Assembly: GCF_009834535.1 (NCBI RefSeq)
Contig: NC_045697.1
Span: forward strand, 9,178,001 to 9,242,000
Source: Camelus ferus
Taxonomy: Eukaryota
Direction of reading: 5' to 3'
DNA length: 64,000 bases
Notes under the pieces: model-generated
Databases searched by the model: none
Seen by the model: only the letters and a program-made list of their open reading frames with translations
Told to the model about the DNA's origin: nothing
Shown: positions 1 through 13,035 of the stretch, piece by piece
How positions within the stretch are numbered: position 1 is the first letter of the stretch
How the letters are laid out: each line of letters begins with the position of its first letter
Program-made: the position numbers and the translations under genes

Positions 1-1180
1 TCCTTTTACTGTCTCCATAGTTTGGCCTTTTTCAGAAAGTCATTTAGTTTGAATCACACAGTATGCAGTTTTGTTTTGTTTTTTTCAGATTGGCTTCTTT
101 TACTTAGTAATATGTGTTTAATGTTCCTCCACGTGTTTTCATGGCTTAGTAGCTCATTTCTTTTGAGCCCTGAGTAATAGTGCATTGTCTGGATGTGTTA
201 CAGTTTTATTATCCATTCACTTGCTAAAGGACATCTTGGTTGCTTCCAAGTTTTGGCAATTATGAATGAAGCTACTATAAACATCTGTGTCCAGGTTGTT
301 GCGTGGATGTTAGTTTTCAATTCCTTTGGCTAAATACCAAGAGATGTGATTGCTGAATTGTATGTTAAGACTATGTTTAGTTTTGTTAAAAACTGTCTTT
401 CAAAGTGGTCATGTTTTTTTGCATTGCCTCCAGCAATGAATGAGAGTTCCTATTGCCCCACATCCTCATCTGCAAGCATTTGATGTTGTCAGTGTTTCGG
501 ATTTTAGCCGTTTTAGTAGGCGTATAGTGGCATCTCATTGTTGCAATTTGAAATCCCCTAATAACATATGATGCTGAACATCTTTCATATACTTATTTAC
601 CATCTCTGTGTCTTCTCTGGTATAGTGTCTGTTCAAATCTCTCACCCATTTTTAAATTGAGCTTTTTTGTTTTCCTATTTAAGAGTTCCTTGTATACTCT
701 TTTTATATTTCTTATTTAAGAATTCTCTCTTATTTAAGAATCTAAATATAAAAAGTGAAAGCATACAAGTAGTATATGGGCGATCGCCTCTTTAACTTCA
801 GAGTAGGAAAGACTTTCTAATTTCTATGTGTAAAGGAAAGACAATCCTTTATCAGATGTCTTTTACAAATACTTCCTCCCAGTCTGTGGCTTGTCTTCTC
901 ATTCTCTTTATAGTGTCTTTCACAGAGCAGACATTTTTAATTTAATAAAGTTCAGCTTATCAATTATTTCTTTCATGGGTCATGCCTTTGATGTTGTATC
1001 CAAAAAGTCATCAGCATATCCAAGGTCATGTAGACTTTCTCCTATATTACCTTCTAAGAGCCTCACAGTTTTGCATTTTACACTTATGTTTATGATCTGT
1101 TTGGAGTTAATTTTTTTGAAGGGCATAATGTTTGTGTCTAGATTCATCTTTAGCATGTGGATGTCCAGTTGTCCCAGCAC
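1..1180 (-). mobile_element. LINE-1 relic (L1MC1/2-like), ORF2 C-terminus and 3' UTR
   Basis: Minus ORF 980-1180 (KINSKQIINISVKCKTVRLLEGNIGESLHDLGYADDFLDTTSKA) resembles the L1 ORF2p C-terminal region; 1-600 resembles the antisense L1MC 3' end (cagattggcttcttttacttagtaatatg...). Interrupted at about 700-840. Confidence 0.85.
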
Positions 1181-1760
1181 CTTTTGTTTTCCTACTTTTA
1201 AATCTTTGTCAATCTGAGAGGTGAGAAATGATACCCCAGTGTTGTTATAACTTGTATTTCTTTAATTATGAGTTAATTTGAATATTTTTATATGTTTGAG
1301 GGCTATTATATGTATATGTTTTTGTGAGTTATCTGTTTATATTTTTTTTTCTGTTTTTCCACCATTTTTTGTCTCAGAAGTTTTAAGAATTCCTTATTTA
1401 TTAGGAATCTTAAGCCTTTGTATATGGCACACATTACAAATATTGTCTCACTATTTTTTAGTTCTCTTGATTTTTATGGTGTTTTGTGTCATGAGTTTTT
1501 ACAAATTTTTCTGTAGTCAGCTTTATCAGACTTTATTGCCTCTACATTTTAAGTCATAATTACCAAGTCTTTCCTACTCTGAAATTAAAGAGGAATTCAC
1601 TCATATAGTACATGTATGGTTTTATATTTTATACTTAAATTTTAAGCCATTTAGTGTTGATTCTTGTGTATAGTGTGAGATATGAATCTAATTTTCACTT
1701 TTTTTTTCAAATGGCTACCCAACTCTCCTAGCACCATTTATTTAAAAATCCATCTTTGTC
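1181..1760 (-). mobile_element. Older, degraded LINE-1 ORF2 3' fragment (L1ME/L1M-like)
   Basis: Antisense L1 motifs: gccaatctgagaggtgagaaatg-like at about 1208, and tttcaaatggctacccaactctcctagcaccatttattt at about 1705. Confidence 0.65.
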
Positions 1761-3449
1761 CAGAATTTATCTTGATCACTGTGTTTTGGGGCATCTGCTG
1801 TTTGCTACAGTCTTTATTATTAATAAAAGTGAGATACTAGACTTTCCTTTCACTAACACTTGAAGAACAGTTTCAGTATATATATATTTATATATTTATA
1901 ATTTGATTGCCAGTGAACTGTAGCTTCTCCTTAACATGCCGCATAAAGCAGCAGCTTACCTACTGGGCTAGTTGAAGGTGAATGCTGTCAGACACTGTAG
2001 CTCTCTCTGTAGCTCAGCCTGGTACTCTGCAACTGCCAGCTGGAGTGTTGGAGATGGCTTAAACATCCTTCCACAGAACAACCTTTGCTGTTCAAAGTGG
2101 ATGTTAAAATCATCACTCTCGTTTTAGGAAGCCAAGGCCCTTTTTGTATACCATTTACCACTCCTACCCTCACCCCCATATGGTAGCCTATAGGTTGTAG
2201 ACTATGGGGGACTGATTTATTGTCTGCATTGCTGATTAGTATATATTCAGGGTCTAGTAAAGTACCTCATACACAGTGAGTAATAAATTAAATCTTTATT
2301 TAATGCCTATGAGAGTAAAAGAATAAATGAGTGATTGCTGTATTCCTGTTAAATTCTTTCAAGTACAGTGTTGAACCAGTTATGATATCATGTTAGCAGA
2401 CATTAAATACCTATTTCTTAATCATATTTAAATAAGAAAAATGCTATTTATGAATGTGTGTTTTCACTAGGGATCAGTTATCTGTGGGTGTTTCTACTCT
2501 GGATTAGGTATTGCACTTGGACATTCACTTCTGTAAGCTCACTTCATTCTCATTGCCACACTATGAAGTAGACATTACCTGCTTAGCAATGAAGGAAGGG
2601 AGCTCAGAAAGTTTCAGTGATTTGCTAAGATGATGCCAGATCTTTGGGCTTTGACTCTACGTATCTTTTTTCAACAGTATATTGAGAAGTGTTAAGATTT
2701 TTTTCCTCCAAATGCAGAACCTAGGGAAGTATAATAAAGGTCACAACTCACTCCTTGCCATGGCTGATGTGTGATAATTTACTGATATTTACAATTTCTT
2801 GAGAAAGTATCAGAATTTTGCTGCTTCTTACAATATTATTAGCATACCCTAATCTGTAGCAGGTAATAAATAATTCAGACTGAATTTGGCAAGAACAAAT
2901 GTTTATCTTTTTCTACTTTCTGTTGGCTTGGGAGGAAATTATTTTCCTTTCTTAATTGTTTACTGAACAAAAATGTATTTACATTGTTTTCTAAGCCATG
3001 TGTGTGGTCTTGCCTATTTCCCCCCATTGCTTTGATAAATAAATTGTGTAAAATCCACTTGCTTTAGTAGCAGGAGATCCTGCTAAGAAAACGTTCAGTT
3101 AGACTCACACAATAAAGCACACCAATCTGACGCCTGGGTCAGATTTAAGAAATCAATTCTCCCCTGCTTCCAAAGAAGTCATTTTATTCTGGAAGACAAA
3201 CTGTCATGGTACAACTTGGAAAATGAAAATCTTTATTTAGAACCACTCTGGGTTTTAGTGGGTCAATAGTCGTATTTAATATATGTAAAGATAGGTCAAA
3301 GGCAGTTTCAAATAATGATGACATTTTCTTAGTCAGGGCCCCTCCTGATAACGACATGATGGGAATATCATGCATTTGTCTAGGGCGTTTTATTGTCAGC
3401 ACAGTGTGGTTCTGCATCTGGAGTCCAGTCCTGCATCTGGATGGGCAGG

Positions 3450-3640
3450 AGGATGGAAGCAGAACTGGATTTGGAGTCAGACACTTCAGGTTCAATTTCC
3501 AGTTGAATGACTTGTTAGTGACTTGACTGAAACAAGTGAATTACCCTTTCTGAATCAAGTAAAATGTGTAAATTTAAATGAGATTTGCATATGAAACGCT
3601 TTGATATAATTTAAAACACTATGCAAATGTAACATTTTTT
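3450..3640 (+). mobile_element. MIR SINE
   Basis: actggatttggagtcagacacttcaggttcaatttcc...gtgacttg...ccctttctgaatc...gtaaaatg matches the MIR core. Confidence 0.7.
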
Positions 3641-4439
3641 ATTCCTACTATTTTTCTTGTATTTTTTCTTCTCACTGATTTAGTAAGGAAGATAAAGATG
3701 GCAACACCCACCGAAATTTGCTTGAGACATGTGCAGAATAAGGTTTCTGGTTATGCCCGTTTTGTAAGGAGGAGAGCTGCCTTTGGAGAGGGAGAAAGCA
3801 CAGGTCCTCCTGTCCAGGCTTTTACCAGCTTTTTTATCTTTTTTACACATATACCACTCTGTGCTGATTCCTTTTCAGACGCTGGGAAGAGACTGAAGAA
3901 GACCACGTTTACCCTGCTTACTCAATTGTTCTGCTGCGTAAGGCTCAGGGACTATTAGAAAACGGTAAACCCTAATTCCTCCCCTCAAGGTGCTCATGAG
4001 GTATTAGGAGGGAAAGGCTGACACACCACTAAATAATTGTGACTGATCAGACCCACTTCACAGGTTTCCAGACAAAATATATTATATTTCTCTTGTTCTT
4101 CAGGCTCTTGGCTGAAGTCTCCTTTGCTTTAGTTTGCCACAAGTTCAAATTCTCTCCTGAATTCTTCTTCTTCCTCCTACACCAACTGGCCAAGAAGCAT
4201 GGGATTAACTGTATCTCCATACAACAGAGAGAGAGAATAAAGCAAAATGATCAGTCCTTCTGTGGCCCAGCACATGGTGTTGTGATTCTTTTGCTGCTCC
4301 CTGGTGCCTCACTACTCTTTGTGTCCCTGAGGAAGAACCAGCAGCATTTCATGGTTGTGGCTCTCTAGCTTGCACTCACATGCTCGTGGTTCTAAAGCAT
4401 GGCAGTAGCTGCTTAGACGGCATTTCTTTTCTTTCATGA

Positions 4440-5460
4440 CCTATCCAATGTGGTGGCCACCTGTGAACTAGAGCACTTGAAATGTAGCTAGTCCAAACAG
4501 AGGTGCACTTACAGAAAATACATCCCTCCCACACTGTTGGTGAGAATGTAAATTGGTGCAGCCACTATGGAAAACAGTATGGAGTTTCCTTAAAAAACTA
4601 AAAATAGAGCTACCATATGATCCAGCAATCCTATTCCTGGGCATATATCTTAAAAGATGAAAATTCTAATTCAAAAAAATGTTCAAATATAGCAGCACTA
4701 TTTACAAAAGAAAAGACATTGAAACAACCCAAGTGCCCATCAGATGATTGATTTAAGATGTGGTATATACACAATGGAATATTACTCATCCCCCCAAAAA
4801 AGAAATATTGCCATTTGCACCACATGGATGGTTCCAGAGAATATCGTACTAAGTGAAATAAATCAGACAGAGAGAAACAAGTATCATATTATATTACTCA
4901 TTTGTGGACTCTAAAAAATAAAACAAATAAATCTGTATACAAAACAGAAACAGACTCAAAGACATGGAAAACAAACTCATGGTTACTAAAGGGGAAAGGA
5001 AGTTGGGGAGGGGTAAATTAGGAGTATGGGATTAACAGATGCAATATACTATACATAAAATAGATAAGCAACAAATATTTATAGTATAGCACAGGAAACT
5101 ATAGTCAATATGATGTAATAATCCTTAATGGAAAACAATCTGAAAAAATATATATATAACTGAATCACTTTCCTGTACACCTAAAAGTAACACCATATTG
5201 TAAATCAACTATACATCAATAAAAAAAGAAAATACAGACTTGATTTCAAGATTTAACAAATAAAAATGAATATAAAAATATCCGATCAATAATTTTTATA
5301 TTATTTATTTATTGAGATGATAATATTTGTAGTATATTATGTTGAATAAGATATAGTATTAAAATTAAGCACATGTTTCTTCCTACTTTTTTAAAATGTG
5401 GCAGCTAGAAAATTAGAATTACATATGTGATTTGCAGTATATTCCTGTCAGGTATTACCA
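4440..5460 (-). mobile_element. MER33 (hAT-Charlie MITE), split by an L1 insertion into about 4440-4512 and 5237-5460
   Basis: gagcacttgaaatgtagctagtcc on the left and aatgtggcagctagaaaattagaattacatatgtg on the right match the two halves of MER33 in the expected order. Confidence 0.8.
4523..5226 (+). mobile_element. 5'-truncated L1, cetartiodactyl-type 3' UTR
   Basis: ORF2 end (gcagccactatggaaaacagtatggag), 3' UTR (aaaacagaaacagactc...gtatagcacaggaaactat...), aataaa and A tail. TSD agaaaataca at 4513-4522 and 5227-5236. Confidence 0.92.
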
Positions 5461-6532
5461 GTTTAGTTGGTGGTGTTTTCAGATTACTTGTTTAACTGCT
5501 TCTCTCCATGATAATTTCCCCTTGGTGTTCTTTGGTGTTTTTTATTACTAGCAACTTTGAATTCTGACCATCATCATTCATCAGAGATGCTCTTAGATAG
5601 TGGCCCTTAAAAGAGAAAGAGGTCGGAATCTAGACCCTTTTCTTTTCAGGAGGCTCCTTCTCTCGTTCGCAAATGTACTGAGCCCTGTCTCAGTGCCAGC
5701 CGCACGTATCAATGAGCATCCACTTGTATTCCACTTAAGAGATTCGAATTGCTCTAGTGATTTCTCTCAGAACAGAAGACAAGTTGGTGCCTCCACCCAG
5801 ACTGGTGTAAAGCTGGTAATGCTTTAAGCAGCATAATTTATTACGCAACGTGACAAGCCACTTAATCAGTTTCATTCTTACCATCTATAAAATAGGTACA
5901 GCACGCTCTACCAACTTGATGAACAAAGTCCATAATGCGGTTGGCAAATTTTATAACACTAGGACCGAAAACAAAAACCCAGGAGGAATTTAAACTGTCA
6001 AGTGTGTTTAAATGGTGTTATCTGCACACCAGCTCATCTCGAGAGAAAAACAAAAAGAAGCAGCTGATGGGATTGAATCAGCTAGAGATGTGGCTCCCCT
6101 AGAAGCAAGAGAAATGTGTGAGAGCTTCAGGCATAACTCTGTGTGCCAGCATCAAAGCTCTAATAACATGCCTACTACCCCCCGGGGCCAAAACTAATTC
6201 TCCAGTGATCCCACAGCCAGACCATCTTCCTCAAATAAAGCATCCCTCACTGTAACAAAGTCCTTAAGTCTTAAGAAAGGACTTAGTGTGGATTATAGCA
6301 AACATCTCAGTACATCTTTCACAGCAAGGATCTTCAGGCTCCACTGGGGTGAATTTTAAATATGATCTCATTAACATATCCCTTTCTATAGCTCAGAAAA
6401 TACAGGGAGGCACTCAGAATGTGAAACCTGGATTCCTTTCACTAAAGGAGTGCAAAATATTTGCAAAGTGGTAATTAATGGGATTCAAAGCCACTAGCCA
6501 AGGGAGCATCTGGGATAGCCAAGTGAGCTTCT

Positions 6533-8278
6533 GAAGCAATTAGCCTCAGGGATACTGTGGGTTTGGTCCCAGACCACCAAAATTAAGCAAATGTCAAAAT
6601 AAAGTGAGTCATACAAAATTTTTTTTTGGTTTCCAGTGCATACAAAAGTTATTCTTACACTACACTGTAGTCTATTAAGTATATAATAGCATTATGTCTA
6701 AAATACGATAATAAAAATACTTTATTGCTAAAATATGCTAACCATCATCTGAGCCTTTGGCACGTTGTAATCTTTTTGCTGGTGGAGGGTCTTGCCTTGA
6801 AGTTGATGGTGCTGACTGATCAGGATGGTGGTTTCTGAAAGGCTGGTGTGACTGTGGTGATTTCTTACAATAAGACAACCATGAAGTTTGCCCTATTGAT
6901 TGACTTTTCCTTTCACAAATGATTTCTCAATGCTGTTTGACAGCATTTTACCCACAGTAGAACTTCTTTTAAAATTGGTGTCAATCCTCTCAAATTCTGG
7001 TGCTGCTTTATCAACTAAGTTTATGTGATATTCTAAATCTTTTGTTGTCATTTCAACAATCTTCACAGCATCTTCACCAGAAATAAATTCCACTTAAGAA
7101 AGCACTTTCTTTGCATACCCATAAGAAGCAACTCCTCATTCATTCAAATTTTATCGTGATATGGCAGCAATCCAGTCATATCGCTAAGCTCCACTTCTAA
7201 TTCTAGTTCTCTTGCTGTTTCCATCACACCTACAGTTACTTCCACCACTGAGGTCTTGAAACACTCCAAGTCATTCACGATGGCTGGAATCAATTTTTTT
7301 CCAAAATCCTGCCAAAGTTGGTAGTCTGAATTCTTCCTATGAACTATGAATGTTCTTTATGGCAAATAGAATGGTGAATCCTTTCCAGAGGTTTTCAATT
7401 TACTTTGCCCAGAGCCATTGGAGGAATCGCTATCTATGGGCACTACAGTCTGACAAAATGTAGTTCTTAAATAATAAGACATGATCCATGGCTGCAGAAT
7501 GGTGGTTGTGTGAGGAAGCATGAAAACAATATCGATATCTTTGTACGTCTCCATCAGAGCTCTTGTGTGACCAGGTACATTACCTGTGAGCAGTCATATT
7601 TTGAAAGGAATCTTTTCTTTCTTTTCTTTTTTTTTTTTTTTGTCTGAGCAGTAGGAATCAACGGCAGGCTTCAAATATTTAGTAAACCATGTTGTAAACA
7701 AATGTGTTGTTGTCTGGGCTTTGCTGTTCCATTTATAGAGCACAGGCAGAGAAGATTTAGCATACTTCTTAAGGAGCCTAGGATTTTTGGAATGGAAAAT
7801 GATTACTGACTTCAACTTAAAATCATCAACTGCATTAGCCCCAGACCGTCCTTTGAAGCACTGAAGCCTGGCACTGGCTTCTCCTCTCTAGCTATGACAT
7901 TTTAGATGTTATCCTCCTTCAGCATAAGGCTGTTTTGTCTACACTGAACAAAACTGTCTGTTCTTTAGTGTAGCCACCTTCATTGTCTTAACTAGATCTT
8001 CTGGATGACCTGCTGCAACTTCTCCATCACCACTTGCTACTTCACCTTGCGCTTTTATGTTATGAAGATGGCTCATTTCCTTAAACCATATGACCCAGCT
8101 TCTGCTAGCTTCAGGCTGTTTCTCTGCAGCTTCCTCACCTCTCTCAGCCTTCACAGAATTGAAGAGACTTAGGGCCTTGCTCTGAATTAGGCTTTAGCTT
8201 AAGAGAGTGCTGTGGGTGGTTTGATCATCTACCCAGATCACTAAAACTTTCTCCAGATCAGCAATAAGGCAGTTTCAT

Positions 8279-8311
<33 letters not shown>

Positions 8312-8873
8312 TTTTCAAGAACTCTTCCTGTGCAATCACAGTTTGGCTGTTTGGTGCAGCTTTTGGCCTAGCTCAGCTTTCCACGTGCCTTCTTCACTAC
8401 ACTCAATCCTTTCTAGTTTTTAATTTAAAGTGAGAGATTTGGGACTATTCCATATGGTGAACACTTAAAGGCCATGGTAGGGTTATTAATTGGCATAATT
8501 TCAGAATTGTTGTGTCCCAGAGAATAGGGGGGCCCCAGGAGAGGGAGAAAGATGAGGGAATGGTGGGTACATGGAGCAGTAAGAACACACACAACATTTG
8601 TAGATTTGGTTAGCTGTCTTTCATGGACTGGTTACAATAATAACATCAAAGATCACTGATCACAGTTCACCATAGCAAAGATAGTAATAATGAAAAAGCT
8701 TGAAATATTTTGAGCATTACCAAAATGTGACACAGAAACATGAAATGAGAAAATGTTGTTGGACACTGGACCACTCCAATTTGAAGCAGGGTTGCCACAA
8801 ACTTTCAGTTAGTTAAAACTGCAACATGTGCAAAACACAATAAAGCAAAGCACAATAAATTGAGTCATGGCTA
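6533..8873 (-). mobile_element. Tigger1 (TcMar-Tigger) DNA transposon, near full length, decayed
   Basis: Both termini resemble Tigger1 ends and the span is about 2.3 kb; contains transposase fragments. Confidence 0.92.
6893..8154 (-). pseudogene. Fragmented Tigger1 (pogo-like DDE) transposase
   Basis: Minus ORFs 7939-8154 (EASRSWVIWFKEMSHLHNIKAQGE), 7594-7815 (YAKSSLPVLYKWNSKA), 7357-7554 and 6893-7093 ([17 protein letters not shown]...FERID...[13 protein letters not shown]) are colinear pieces broken by stops and frameshifts. Confidence 0.88.
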
Positions 8874-9249
8874 TGCTCAGAAAACCCTAGGCTTCTTTTC
8901 AGTCTAGAAAGAGACATTCAGTTTAAAAAGGAGCTATTGTGTACCTCCTCAGTAGCTACAGAGTGTTGAAGTGTTAAAACGAGGTCCTAATTATTTAAAC
9001 AAGAGTGGGAATGAGGAAGGGGCATTGACTATTACTCTGTCTGGCTGTGGTATCCCAGGAGATATGGATTATGAGGTATACCTTCTGCAGGTATTGAAGG
9101 CTGGGGATGGGTGGTGGGAGCTTGGGGGTTTGATTCAAAACGCTGGGCTGAGATGACCTAAGGAACAGAGGTACATAAAAGGCCTTTCTGCTCAGGAAAA
9201 TCTGCTCTCCCACTCTAACGTCTTCTAAAGAGAGTCATCAAGTCAAATC

Positions 9250-9800
9250 TGTGACTGGCAATCCTAGAATTAAAGTTAAAATACATGCTCACAAACAGAT
9301 ATGTAAGCACACATTCATAATAACTTTATTCATAGCAGTGAAACACAAAGTAAACATTCACCAACAGGTTAATGGATACAGAAGTGTAGCATCTTCATGC
9401 AGTGGAATACTTCTCAGTCACGAAAAACTAACAAACTACTGATAAATAAAAATAGCATGGATGAATCTCAAAAACCTTATACTTGGTACAAAAAGACCAT
9501 AAAATAAAATGATGTGTTATATTATTTCATCTATATAAAGTTCTAGAAGAGAACTAAATTATTATTTAGAGAAACTAAATTATGGTGACAGGTGTCAGAG
9601 CCGTAATTGTCTTTAGGGATGAGAACTGACAGGGATGTGATACTAAGAGGGAACTTTCTGGAATGATAAAAATGCTTGGCATCATTGTTTGGGATAGTGT
9701 TTGTACAAATGTATATATTTGTCAGAACCCATCAAAATGTACATAAAATCTGTGCTTCATTCTATATAAATTATATAGAATTATACTCCCATTTTTAAAA
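9250..9800 (+). mobile_element. Ancient L1 3' end (L1ME/L1MB-like)
   Basis: gcatggatgaatctcaaaaac...gggaactttctggaatgataaaaatg...tatatttgtcagaacccatcaaaatgtac matches old L1 3' UTRs. Confidence 0.75.
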
Positions 9801-10627
9801 TGGCAGAAGGATAAAAGCCATTTTTCAAGTTTAAATACAATTTCCTTAAATCACAGCTGTCACAGGTCTATGGGTTCAATCTGACTTCAAGATTCATCCA
9901 TACATGCAGTCTTCTCTTTTCCATGACTTTTAATAAAACTTTTGTCCTGCACTATTTTCCCGAGAAATTAGGAGAAAAGGAAAAGGAGCCTGAACATGAA
10001 TGGGCTTTTTTTCCACCAGATAAAGGGTTAGCCCAAGCATTTGCCTTTAAAAGGTGAAAGAATAATTTCCCTTTCATCAAATGTCTTGTTTCAGAGATGG
10101 TTTTAATGAAAATTGGCCTATAATGGTTCCCTTAGCAACTAGCAACTAACATCTGAAGTAGAACTTGGAGTTTGAGGAAAAAATCTTGAATTATTCTGGT
10201 CACTTTTCCAAAGGGACCAGTATCTAGAAAAAAGCATCTTCCTTTTGAACAGAACGACTGTAAAGATAACATAGACTTTAAAACAGAGAGATGATAAACT
10301 AGGTTTTACTGTACCCTTTTCTACTTCCTTGATAGTCGGTCAGCAAAGTTTATTCTGGCCTCAGTCTGTGTCTGTTGATCTGTCAAGTTCAAATGAGTAT
10401 ATGATGATTAAGTGAGCCTGGATGTGGACCACTGAAACTAAATTCTCTACACGTATTTTATAATTTTTCAACTACTCTTGATAAAGTAAGCAATCTTATC
10501 TCAGTTGGTGTAAAAATGATCTCATATAAACACCAAAAGAGCATGGGGGGGCCTAATGATAATAATTAATAATCTATCTATGCTCCAGTTTCCTGACTTT
10601 GATGGGTTCTCTTTGACTTTCAAGCAT

Positions 10628-10679
10628 AAGATGATAAGAATGATGATGATGGTGGTGGTGGTGGTGGTGGTGGTGATGA
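10628..10679. repeat. (GAT)n-(GGT)n compound microsatellite
   Basis: atgatgatgatggtggtggtggtggtggtggtggtgatg seen directly. Confidence 0.9.
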
Positions 10680-12419
10680 AACTGCTTGTGAGAACGCTGG
10701 CTGCCAAGGAGAATGTGGGGAGCAAATTTACTGACTGCAATAATTTCACACAAGGAGTTTCATCTTGCGGCTGGACCGCTCTCCATTCCCTTGCTCATAC
10801 TATCGTGTAACATCAAGACTATGCTCTCTGCCTAATTTACGAGCCCATCCAATCTTCTACAGCTCCTGGACATGCCAGTGACACCTTTTTCCTCACCATC
10901 ACATGATCAATATATGCTTATTCTTATAATAGGGGGGTTCTATCTGGCATGAAAATAAGCTCCTAATTATAAAGGGACCATTCATTAACTTTATGTATTT
11001 TTAAAATTCTTCTTCCACAATGTTAATTGAGTGTGTATGAAGCACAAGCCACTGTATTTGTCAGATATAGGAGCACAAAGCCATTAAATAATTCTGATGC
11101 ATTTATATATAAGATACAGATAGACATAGGTAAAGATAATCAAGTTATAGAAAAACTATGGAATCATGAGTAACCAGATTTGCTAAAGTGGCTGTATGTT
11201 GGGCATTGGTTTTCAAAAGTTCAAACGACTACAGTGAAAGTTTTTATTTTAAGAGCAATCATTGAAAGAATCAACTGACCTTGCTCTTCTCTGTCTCTAG
11301 TCAGAAAATAAACAGTGAAAGTGTATATTAGTGGTTTGCAAGTGATTCAGAGCAGGATGCTCAGCTATTAGAAAGACATCGATTGGGCTAGAGGAAATGA
11401 GTTGGCTGCAGCATGAGATATAAGCCAATGCCCAGGATTGTGAGGTCAGGGAAGGATGCCAAGGTGCACTGCATTACTTGGCAGGAATTCAAGCTCATTG
11501 CTAAAGGCCTTGCTCTTACTCTAAATCCAGGGTTTTCAATCCCTTGCAAAACTCTTACCTTGATATTCAATATTTTTCATTCAATCTTCCCATTTTTCAA
11601 GATTCTTGATATTGATTTGAAACATTCCTCTTTGATTATGGTCCTCAAAGCCACCTTTTTAGGTTAAAATTCATTGACTGTTTTTCAACTACTGTTCTTT
11701 TAGATTGATAATCAAATTTGTTCACAGACTCTGTTTTCAGAAATATCTCTCACTCTGGAAAATAAACAAGTCTGCCAAGAACATTAGTTGGAAAAAATAT
11801 TAATGGTTCAAGAATATCAAATCCATTAGCCACCCTCACCAGACTGCTTCAAACAAGGTGTACTGGGAAGGGTCATGGCTGAACGGGAAACCAGCAGACA
11901 TCAGTTCTATTCTGGGCTTGACTTCTGTGTGACCTTGAGCAATTCACTCAATTTTTCTGCAGTTCAGTTTGCTCAGGTTTCAAAAAATTGAAATGATAAT
12001 ACCAGGATGTTATGGAGAGTCATCAGATTAGCGAGATGCTTTGGACTCTTGAGACACAAGCTAATGTAGAAATAGAAGATATCCAAGACGTGCCTCCCAG
12101 CAATGCATCTTGTATCCTATGTACCGTATTCTCCTATTTCCTTTCCTCACTGCTTTAAAGCCCCATGAATTATTCCTTTCAAACACTGTATTGTTCTATT
12201 TGAATTGTTGCTTGGTTACAAATGATGGGATAAAGGTACAACCTACCAAAATCAGTTCAGTTCAATTCAACACAGGAAGGACTGATGGAGTACTTATAGA
12301 AAGGTTATTAATTTGATGACAGTCCATAATCTCCTAATATTAGAAGAGCCTCCTGGTTTCTGTCTCTTTTTCTGAATCATAAAGCATCTGAAGTTGTTTT
12401 ACTAACATCACCTCATATT

Positions 12420-12610
12420 TGATAAGTGATTATTAGCTGCTAAACACTTTGCTTGCCTTATTTCATTTAGTTTTCACAACCCCATGAGGTGTGTTTTATT
12501 AATATCCCTATTTTACAGACCAGAAAACTGAGTGAGAATTAGCAAAGACTCAAGTTGTCAGGAGCATAACTGCCATTCAACCTAGGGTCTCTTAGCTTCT
12601 AGCCACTAAC
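12420..12610 (-). mobile_element. MIR SINE
   Basis: ttttcacaaccccatgagg...atccctattttacagaccagaaaactgag is the antisense MIR core. Confidence 0.75.
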
Positions 12611-13035
12611 TTACAGTTTCCCAAAACTAATGATTGTCAAACATGGGCATGACATGCTTTTGAATATGTGACATGCTTGTTAAAGATACAGATTCCCACT
12701 CACGCACAGATAGTCTTGATGCTATGGCTGTTAATTGTGCTTTAGAGACATATCCAAGAACTGAAAGTGAGGGGCCCTGTTGTGGACTCGGTGAGGACAG
12801 AGGGTCAGAACAAAGACCTTAGAGAAAGCCAGTATGGGACCCGCCTGTTGCTAGGTTGAGATGAGTAGATGGGGACAGCAAACCTTATGACTTTCAGTCA
12901 TTAAGTGGTTAAGCAAGTGTGACTAGAGATTGACAAAATGCAACTGTTTAAGTACCACTTAGCCACAACTCAACTCTTATTCCCATTAACTTTGGAACTG
13001 CTGTGGGAGGTTGCAATAAGATAGTCACTGTAAGT

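Noticed and set aside
6893..8154. Possible domesticated TIGD1-like gene
   Set aside because: Multiple stops, frameshifts and deletions within an element that retains its termini; a neutral fossil.
10522..10810. ORFs with poly-V/poly-T/poly-I runs
   Set aside because: Translation of a trinucleotide microsatellite.
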